A stretch of DNA of 37,632 bases from Opitutaceae bacterium (GTDB lineage: Bacteria; Verrucomicrobiota; Verrucomicrobiia; Opitutales; Opitutaceae): contig JADLBI010000195.1 of assembly GCA_020847775.1 (NCBI GenBank), positions 1 to 37,632 of the forward strand. The letters are read 5' to 3'. A model generated the notes under the pieces. It worked only from the letters and a program-made list of their open reading frames with translations. It searched no databases and was not told the origin of the DNA. Shown in pieces: positions 18,226 through 25,580 of the stretch. Position numbers and translations under genes: made by a program. Every line of letters starts with the position of its first letter. Within the stretch, counting starts at the first letter, position 1.

Positions 18226-20190
18226 ATGACACACGAGAACCACGACATGCCTGACCACGAACATTCTTGTAGGCACGATCATGGTGAAGGCAGCAATCGC
18301 AGCGAGACGATCAGTCTGGCTGTTTCCGGAGTGCTCGCCGGTGCGGCATTGTTGGTTCATTGGCGCGGTTGGTTGTCACCCGGAACAGTGGGTGGCATTG
18401 CGTTGGCCGCGATGCTTGCGGGGGGCTGGTTCCTGCTACCTAAGGCATGGAATGCGCTTAGGAAATTCCGGCCTGATATTAATCTTCTCGTCGTAATAGC
18501 CGCCATCGGCGCATCCATCATCGGCGAATGGGTCGAGGCCTCGGCGGTGGTGTTTCTATTCGGAGTCGCCGAGTGGCTCGAGGGCTGGGCCGACCGTCGC
18601 GCGCGCCGGGCCACCGAAGCCTTGTTGGAGCTGGCTCCAAAGACTGCGATGGTGAAACGGGATGGACGGTTTGTTGAACTGCCTGTCGAACAGGTCGTGG
18701 TTGGCGACACGGTCGCCACAAGGTCCGGCATGAGCATTCCCCTCGACGGGGAAATCATCACCGGCGAGTCTGCCGTCAACCAAGCGCCGATCACCGGCGA
18801 GTCCGTGCCCGTGGATAAGCAGCCCGGCGACACCGTGTTTGCCGGCACGATCAACGGCGAAGGCTCGCTGGAAATCAAAGTCACCAAGACGACCGGAGAT
18901 ACCACGCTCGCGCGTATCATCCGGCTGGTCGCGGAAGCGCAGGAACAGAAAGCGCCCACGCAACGGTTCGTGGATGTATTCGCCCGCTACTACACGCCCG
19001 CCGTGACGGTAGTCGCATTCCTAATCTTTCTTGTGCCGCCTTTGCTGATGGGTGGAGACTGGAATACTTGGCTCTATCGGGCTTGCGTTCTGCTCATCAT
19101 CGCGTGCCCGTGCGCATTGGTGATCTCCACGCCGGTTAGCATTGTCGCCGGGCTGACGGCGCTTGCGCGCCGCGGCGTGTTGGTGAAGGGCGGCGCTCAT
19201 CTCGAAACCATCGGACGACTCAAGGGCCTCGCTGTGGACAAGACGGGCACGATCACCGAAGGGAGGCCCCGCGTCCTCGGCGTCGAACTCATTCAAGCGG
19301 AAGAGTCGGAGGAGGTTCTTCGCATCGCCGCGGCAATCGACGTGCACTCCGCGCATCCGCTGGCGAAAGCCGTAGTTGCGTATGCTGCGGAACAAAACGT
19401 CTCCCACGGTCGAGCCGAAGGCTATCAGAACCGTAGCGGGCGCGGTGCGGAAGGCATGATCGACGGCCATGCCTATTTTGTGGGCAACCATCGTTTCGCT
19501 CACGAATTCGGAGTGTGCTCCGAAGAGATCGAAAGCCGCCTCGCGGGCATAGAGGCCAAAGGGCAGTCGGTCGTGGTGGTAGGCCATCGCCCGCACGGCG
19601 GATGCAAAGGCGAGGTCTTCGGCATCATCGCCATCGGCGACACTCTGCGAGCCAACGCCAAATCTGCCATTGCCGCGCTACACGCGGCCGGCGTCGAGCA
19701 AGTAGTGATGCTCAGTGGCGACAATCAGCGCACGGCGGATTTCATCGCCCGTCAGGTCGGCATCGACGAAGCGCGCGGCGATCTGCTTCCCGACAACAAG
19801 GTGGAAGCAGTGAAGGCACTCCGTGAAAACTGTGGCGTGGTAGGCATGGTTGGCGATGGCGTGAACGATGCACCCGCCATGGCTAGCGCCAACATCGGCA
19901 TCGCGATGGGCGCGGCCGGCACGGATGCCGCAATTGAGACCGCCGACATCGCGCTGATGGAGGATGAGCTGGGCAAGATCGCTGAGACCATTCACCTCGG
20001 CCGGCGCACCCTGCGTATCATTTATTTCAATGTGGCCTTCTCACTTGGGCTGAAGGCGGTGTTTTTGGTCCTGACCCTTATGGGTCACGCCAGCCTGTGG
20101 TTTGCGATCCTCGCAGACACGGGCGCCACGCTGTTAGTGATTGCGAACGCACTTCGCCTACTAGCAAAACCCAATGCAAAGGAGGCTTGA
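18226..20190 (+). CDS. cadA: Heavy-metal P1B-type ATPase (Zn/Cd/Pb, CadA/ZntA-like)
   Basis: His-rich N-terminus, TGES, CPC, DKTGT, HP, GDGVNDAP, TM Lys (GLKAV) and ADTG. Confidence 0.93.
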   Translation: MTHENHDMPDHEHSCRHDHGEGSNRSETISLAVSGVLAGAALLVHWRGWLSPGTVGGIALAAMLAGGWFLLPKAWNALRKFRPDINLLVVIAAIGASIIGEWVEASAVVFLFGVAEWLEGWADRRARRATEALLELAPKTAMVKRDGRFVELPVEQVVVGDTVATRSGMSIPLDGEIITGESAVNQAPITGESVPVDKQPGDTVFAGTINGEGSLEIKVTKTTGDTTLARIIRLVAEAQEQKAPTQRFVDVFARYYTPAVTVVAFLIFLVPPLLMGGDWNTWLYRACVLLIIACPCALVISTPVSIVAGLTALARRGVLVKGGAHLETIGRLKGLAVDKTGTITEGRPRVLGVELIQAEESEEVLRIAAAIDVHSAHPLAKAVVAYAAEQNVSHGRAEGYQNRSGRGAEGMIDGHAYFVGNHRFAHEFGVCSEEIESRLAGIEAKGQSVVVVGHRPHGGCKGEVFGIIAIGDTLRANAKSAIAALHAAGVEQVVMLSGDNQRTADFIARQVGIDEARGDLLPDNKVEAVKALRENCGVVGMVGDGVNDAPAMASANIGIAMGAAGTDAAIETADIALMEDELGKIAETIHLGRRTLRIIYFNVAFSLGLKAVFLVLTLMGHASLWFAILADTGATLLVIANALRLLAKPNAKEA

Positions 20191-20196
20191 TCTTGC

Positions 20197-20436
20197 ATGC
20201 GCCCCAAGCGGACAGCGAAGAAGCCTGCCAAAGGCCCACATCGGGTGGGGTGGCAACTGGAGGTGGTGCCGTGGATGATCTGCCTAGGGATGCTGCTAGG
20301 CTTTGGAGCCGAGGTCTTTTACTGGGAAAATAATTTTCTGTGGATGACCGGGGGAAGCATCGCCGGCGCAATGGTTGGTGGAGTCTGTGATACGGCCTTG
20401 TTCCTCTACCGCCGATGTCGGCAAAAACGAATATGA
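20197..20436 (+). CDS. Small two-TM hypothetical membrane protein
   Basis: Starts 6 bp after the ATPase stop; two hydrophobic Gly-rich segments. Confidence 0.5.
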   Translation: MRPKRTAKKPAKGPHRVGWQLEVVPWMICLGMLLGFGAEVFYWENNFLWMTGGSIAGAMVGGVCDTALFLYRRCRQKRI

Positions 20437-20929
20437 CCAGCCCATAATCGCTGAAAAATATGGGCCGCGGCAATTATCGCACTTGTTCGCAAACTCGGCA
20501 TTGAGGGTAATGACAAAATATTCCTTCGGTCAGCCATCAAGAGATTCTAGGTCGTTTTCGCAGACATCAGATTGGGAAAGTGTAATGAAGCAATGTCTCG
20601 TTGTCTGAGACAGGCCATTGCCACCACTAAAACGGACAGTTGCGACATCAACGCCAAAGCGGACATCAGTAGTGCCCTGGGTTCGTGTGCTGAGTTGCCG
20701 AGTTGATACTACCACAATCTACCAAACCAATAAAACAAAAATACCATGTGATAATTCCTCTATAACAGGGTCCTGCTAATGAACAACAAATGATTTCTGA
20801 CACCAAGGGATGTCTAACTTGTTATAATCCATTTCTTATCACCGATGACTGAATGGATACAAATCTCATAAACAAACCTTTCTAAATGAAATGAATTCAT
20901 CTCTGGTGACGTTTTGAATTATCAAGAGC

Positions 20930-21019
20930 CATCCGGGGGCCCGTTCGTCGGGTGGATGTAATAAGCATGTAACCCTGACACATGCTTATGAAAACTCACA
21001 TACAATTTCAGAGGTATAC
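20930..21019 (+). repeat. 90-bp direct repeat C, copy 1, with internal 10-bp inverted repeat
   Basis: Five mismatches against 22738-22827. ATAAGCATGT-N9-ACATGCTTAT at 20961-20989. Confidence 0.95.
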
Positions 21020-21048
21020 TGGTAAAGTAATTAAGAAATGTCGCAAGA

Positions 21049-21166
21049 CGACATCTTATGGTGATCAAAATAGCGCGACATTTTGTGGTGATCAACTTTT
21101 CGCCGAAAAGTGCGACAATATTTGTGCATCAAATCGTTCACCATCTATTGTCACATTTTGCATCAA
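21049..21166 (+). repeat. Degenerate 20-bp direct repeats CGACA-N10-ATCAA
   Basis: CGACATCTTATGGTGATCAA (21049), CGACATTTTGTGGTGATCAA (21076), CGACAATATTTGTGCATCAA (21113), and a shorter copy at 21151-21166. Confidence 0.65.
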
Positions 21167-21488
21167 TCTACGTGCGTGTTGTGACGTTGGTCCTAGACTG
21201 GAGCATGCTTAACTCTCTTCAGCACGCCTTTGTTGATGGAGCCATAAGTTGGCCACAGTTGCAAAATTGAACTAATTGCGGGCCAAAATCGCTGAAGAAT
21301 TTGACTAGCAGACGGAAAGTCGAACGGCTACTTGTTCGCTCGAGTTGGTGATTGTTACCATTTCACCACGCTCAATAACTTTCAGTCGGCTTTTCGAAAA
21401 ACCGTAGTTCTAAACATAACCGAAGACACGGTCGCGGCTCAGGGATGCTCCAACTGCGCTTGATCAATCTCCGATCCGGAGTCAGTAT

Positions 21489-21893
21489 GTGAGTGTGGCA
21501 CAGCATTCATCTTACGTCGTCCCGGTCCTAGCATTGCGTGAGGACGAATTTGAGCGCCGCACGCTCGAAGGCGTAAGTTGGAGTGAGGTTTGTCATTTGG
21601 CTCATGAACTGAAGTTGTCACTTTCTGGGTTCGCTCACGTTCTCGGTATCCCTAGTTCCTCTTTCTTCTCGAGAAAAGGTAAGCGTTTCAGCAAGTGGCC
21701 GTCGGAAAAGATCCTGCGTTACGAGCGACTTTTGCACCTTGGAAGAAAGGTATTTGGAGATGGTGCGGTATCGTGGCTGCTTGAGCCGAATCCATATCTT
21801 GCGGGTGTTAGTCCTCTTTCGAAAGGTAGGACGGAAGCTGGAGCGCGACAGGTTGAACTGTTGATGGCGCGAATTGACCACGGTCTTGGTTAA
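21489..21893 (+). CDS. Xre/MbcA/ParS-type antitoxin, copy 2
   Basis: Close paralog of 1-378 (REDEFERRTLEGV...WLLEPNPYLAGVSPL...TEAGARQVELLMARIDHG). Confidence 0.8.
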   Translation: MSVAQHSSYVVPVLALREDEFERRTLEGVSWSEVCHLAHELKLSLSGFAHVLGIPSSSFFSRKGKRFSKWPSEKILRYERLLHLGRKVFGDGAVSWLLEPNPYLAGVSPLSKGRTEAGARQVELLMARIDHGLG

Positions 21894-21894
21894 C

Positions 21895-22308
21895 TCAATG
21901 GAAATCGTGGCTTGCCTGATCCGGTAGTTGGGTGGACCGAAGAGGCTCGATCCGCTCTACCTTAACATGGACCACGCCGTCCTGAATTTGCACCGGACCT
22001 TCTAAAACGAGGGCCGGTGTCTGAGTCACGATCAGCCGGTTGGTTTCGAAAATATCGGCATAGAGGATGCCATTCGCGATGCCGGTTTCGTCCTCCAATG
22101 AAACGAACACGACGCCTTTTGCAGTGCCGGGACGCTGTCGGCAAATGACACTGCCACCCACTCGCACTCGGGTGCCGCTTTTAGCGAAGGCCAATCCATC
22201 CGCTCGACATAAATCGGGAAACTGTGAGTGGAGACGCTTCATTGGATTATCTCAAATGGTTAACCCAACGCAGGCGAAGTCCGCCTGGATACGCTCGGTG
22301 ATAATCAT
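21895..22308 (-). pseudogene. dnaE2: DnaE2 C-terminal (OB-fold) fragment, copy 2, one in-frame stop
   Basis: MIITERIQADFACVGLTI*DNPMKRL...VICRQRPGTAKGVVFVSLEDETGIAN...ASHDFH. The part from ATG 22242 is an open 115-aa frame. Confidence 0.85.
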
Positions 22309-22321
22309 CGAGGTTAGATAT

Positions 22322-22387
22322 GCACCTTCATTACGTAAAACGCCGTTACGGGATTTACCGTAACGGCGTTTTACGTAATGAAGGTGC
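22322..22387. repeat. Perfect 30-bp-arm palindrome
   Basis: GCACCTTCATTACGTAAAACGCCGTTACGG (22322-22351), GATTTA, then the exact reverse complement (22358-22387). Confidence 0.97.
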
Positions 22388-22737
22388 TTGAGCATTCCGT
22401 CTCTGGCGGCGCGATCACGGCCACATCCATACAGCCTTTTGACGAAAGTTGATTTGCTGGATGGATGACTGAATTTGGGTGTCGAATTCAAGACGGTCCG
22501 GTATCGGGAAGCGTGGTCCGTTGACGCCTTGGTCCAAGGCATGACTGTTGTAGATAGCCACGTGACCGAAGGGCTGAGGGTCGGTTGTCGAATCGGACTG
22601 TCGTTGGGCGGCCATCCGTTTCCTTCCTTTTGGAAGGGATTAATTTAGTGCTCCATAGAATCATGGCCCACATCGCAACGTGTCCATACCATAGGGCCAT
22701 TTGTAGGTAGATCATCTCTATCACCGCATAGACTAAG

Positions 22738-22827
22738 CATCCGGAGGCCCGTTCGTGGGATGGATGTAATAAGCATGTAACCCTGACACATGCTTATGAA
22801 AACTCACCTACAACTTCAGAGGTATAC
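22738..22827 (+). repeat. 90-bp direct repeat C, copy 2
   Basis: Matches 20930-21019; inverted repeat at 22769-22797. Confidence 0.95.
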
Positions 22828-23146
22828 CATTACCCTAACTTGGATTTCGATGCGCCGTCACATCAGCTTTGATCCGATTGCGGTCGAGCAATCGCCAGTG
22901 AATCGTTACGAAGAAATCCGAAGCCGGCATCTGCGTGAAAACGGCGTCCATTTGCCTATGCTAACACCCGGCGATTGGTCGTGTCCTGTTTCATATAATG
23001 AAGAATTAAGCCTGCTCCTAACAGTCGTTAGCGAACTCGACACGAAAAAGCTCCAAAAACAATTGGTAAGAGCTCTCGTGCCCGAGTTTACGGATCGGGT
23101 TCATGTTAAGCTCTATCGAAGTGGTGCAGTTGAGGTGGATTGTTAA
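22790..23146 (+). CDS. Hypothetical protein starting inside repeat C
   Basis: 118-aa ORF, convergent with and overlapping the tniQ end; no recognisable motif. Confidence 0.4.
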   Translation: MLMKTHLQLQRYTITLTWISMRRHISFDPIAVEQSPVNRYEEIRSRHLRENGVHLPMLTPGDWSCPVSYNEELSLLLTVVSELDTKKLQKQLVRALVPEFTDRVHVKLYRSGAVEVDC

Positions 23147-24458
23147 CGATTTTATCAGGGAGAGTGAGTTCCAGCTGTTGCAGAATCGCGCGGGCCTTTG
23201 CGCTTCGCATGACGCCAGGCTTTGGCATGTGGTCACTAACCTGCTTGCGAGTTGGTCGAGGAGAATCCTGCTTAGCTCTAAGGTAGGCTTCTTTCAATGT
23301 TAGGCGCAAGGCTTGCTGACGCGCTGCAACTTTTACCCTGCAACTCGCAATATGGACTTGGCTTATCTCGCGACATAGCTCAGGGAAGTGCTTTCGGATT
23401 ACTCGTGGCGAGAAGCCGACATATTGGGCCACTTCTTCAAGGCTTGGCGGATTGGAGAGACGGTCACTGCGAATACTCGCAATGGAAGTGAGGACAGTCT
23501 GCGTCTGAAAGAGACGGGCGCGGCGCCGAGGAATTTGGTGTTTTGGCTCTAAAGCGATGGATACGATGGAGGTTGGGACCCGTCCTAAAACCACGTCATT
23601 CAATGAAAGACCAAAAGCCCGGGCAACACGGAGGTAGTTTTCAAGGTCAGGCTTTGCGGCACCTGCACGCCAATACCACGCTGTAATTCGGCTTACCCCG
23701 AGTTTCTCACCGAGTTCAGAACAGTTGCGAATGCCTGTGGCCGACATGCATGCTTCCAAAACCTCTGGTATCGGTGCTGGCGCCTTCGGTGCATTCGCCT
23801 CCTGCATGGCTACATGGAAGCGTTCCATCTCATGTGCCACCCACAGTTCGTAAGTGCTAGCGGGCTGTAATTGAAGGGGCAATACGTCGGACAGGAAAGC
23901 CTCGCATTTTGGGCAAGTTCCAGGGCGGGATCTGGCTTCGAGAGGCGCAAAATGGCTACCGCATGAGGGACACGCCTGAACAAGCCGGACCTTGTGGGAG
24001 GAACATACCTTAACGGGCGCTAGGGACCACATTAGGCGATCATATTTATTTCCTTCTTTGTGGCATTCCGGACACCAACAATGGTTGCGGCGAAGGAGAC
24101 GCAACTTTGGGAAGAGATGTGCCCAACTTGAGATGGTGGCTTCCTGCAGGTTTGATGTCAGCATTTGTGCCTCCAGAACCTCGATCCACTTCTCTGCGTT
24201 GCGATGTCCATTAATTGCCCAACCCATCCGAAGCTGCTTGGCTCCGCGGAGCCAGCGTCCAACGTTTTCCGGCTTCCCCACGGCGTGCCATTCAAGTCCA
24301 CGATGGAGCAAGCCAGATGGTCGATGAAAGTGCTCCTTCGCAACCCGAGCGACAAAACTAGCCAAGCTTTCAACTTGGCCAGTGCCACGACCAAGAAGCG
24401 GCACACTAAACAGCCACGACCGAGGAGGAATTTCGGGAGTGTGCATCAGCTCGCGCAT
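23106..24458 (-). CDS. tniQ: TniQ/TnsD-family target selector with C-terminal HTH extensions
   Basis: ESLASFVARVAKEH, zinc ligands WCPEC...W...VCSSH...CPSC...CPKC, then HTH-like ELGEKLGVSRITAWYW and SLEEVAQYVGFS; 450 aa. Confidence 0.9.
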   Translation of the reverse strand: MRELMHTPEIPPRSWLFSVPLLGRGTGQVESLASFVARVAKEHFHRPSGLLHRGLEWHAVGKPENVGRWLRGAKQLRMGWAINGHRNAEKWIEVLEAQMLTSNLQEATISSWAHLFPKLRLLRRNHCWCPECHKEGNKYDRLMWSLAPVKVCSSHKVRLVQACPSCGSHFAPLEARSRPGTCPKCEAFLSDVLPLQLQPASTYELWVAHEMERFHVAMQEANAPKAPAPIPEVLEACMSATGIRNCSELGEKLGVSRITAWYWRAGAAKPDLENYLRVARAFGLSLNDVVLGRVPTSIVSIALEPKHQIPRRRARLFQTQTVLTSIASIRSDRLSNPPSLEEVAQYVGFSPRVIRKHFPELCREISQVHIASCRVKVAARQQALRLTLKEAYLRAKQDSPRPTRKQVSDHMPKPGVMRSAKARAILQQLELTLPDKIVNNPPQLHHFDRA

Positions 24459-25576
24459 GCCTCGGGCTCGCCGTCTCGAAAGGCACCGCCAGTTGGGTCC
24501 GACCTCGGATTCGGTGTTCCGGGTGAAGCATTTCGATTTTTAGACTCTTTGAGCGGAAGCTCCGGTTGCTCAATATACGGAAAGTTTAGCATTTCCCGTA
24601 GCGAGTCGTTTTGGCTGCTGCAGTTATCGAGAATAGATTCCTTTTCTTTCGCTTCGGAAAGTAGGAGCCGAAGTTTCTGGTTTTGCATAGCAGTGGCCTC
24701 GAGATCCTGAACTGTGATGAAGTCACGATTGTTGCGGCAGGCGTGCCCGAGAGCAGCCATCAGCCAATTTTTGACGATGCCAGTACAGCCTATTGATTTT
24801 TCATACATGAGTTCGACTCGCGATTTGAGATCTAGCGTGTGGTGTAGCGGCACGCAGGAACCAAAGCCTTTGATCATCTCAGTGAAGGCATTAAGATCAC
24901 TCTGCCTTTCACAGCGGTAGCGCGAGAAGTGGAAGGTGTTACTTCGTCGGGCAAGTTGAGGTGACGCATCGAGCAGCGCAGCCAACTCGTACGTCCCGAA
25001 CATCACGTGCAGTGTCCGAGATCGGTTAGCGATAGACTTTATTTTGTCTAATTGCTGCGGGAGTAGCCGAGCGTTCGAAACCTGGCAAAGGTGGTTGGCC
25101 TCGTCTAGCAAGGTCACTAATGGACGACGATGGGCAATGGCTGACATGACGGCTTTGTGTGGGCCATGATTACGTGGTGTGGGCGGAAGTTCCTTCAGAA
25201 TTTCCTTTGACGGTGCGAGGGGGAGTTGGAGCTGTTCTAGGTAGTCGACGTAGAAGGGTCCCCAGGCAAAGTTACCTACGTTAGTTGCTTGCACATCAAA
25301 AGCCACGTAAGGAAGCCGCGAACGGTCTTCATTGAGCTCGTCGGCATGCATTTGGAGCACCATTTTTTGAGTAGCCACCATGAGACGCGATTTCCCGACA
25401 CCGGAGGGACCAACAATGAACAAAAGATTCGAGTCTAGGGGGAAATCGATTCGATTGCGGATGAGTCCCAGTGCCTCGCTAAACCGAAGGTGTCCGACGA
25501 GGCACTTCTCGAGCTTGTCGCGCGCTTGAAACATGACCTCCGTGGTTTTGATAGATTTGCGTTCAAGATAAGACAT
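24446..25576 (-). CDS. tnsC: TnsC-like AAA+ ATPase
   Basis: Walker A GPSGVGKS, Walker B LLDEANH, HVMFGTYEL, QLARRS; lies between the transposase and tniQ. Confidence 0.92.
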   Translation of the reverse strand: MSYLERKSIKTTEVMFQARDKLEKCLVGHLRFSEALGLIRNRIDFPLDSNLLFIVGPSGVGKSRLMVATQKMVLQMHADELNEDRSRLPYVAFDVQATNVGNFAWGPFYVDYLEQLQLPLAPSKEILKELPPTPRNHGPHKAVMSAIAHRRPLVTLLDEANHLCQVSNARLLPQQLDKIKSIANRSRTLHVMFGTYELAALLDASPQLARRSNTFHFSRYRCERQSDLNAFTEMIKGFGSCVPLHHTLDLKSRVELMYEKSIGCTGIVKNWLMAALGHACRNNRDFITVQDLEATAMQNQKLRLLLSEAKEKESILDNCSSQNDSLREMLNFPYIEQPELPLKESKNRNASPGTPNPRSDPTGGAFRDGEPEACAS

Positions 25577-25580
25577 GATG

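Noticed and set aside
20930-22827. CRISPR array or CAST guide locus near tniQ
   Set aside because: Repeats are either two distant copies or have 7-17-bp spacers; no cas genes are present in the window.
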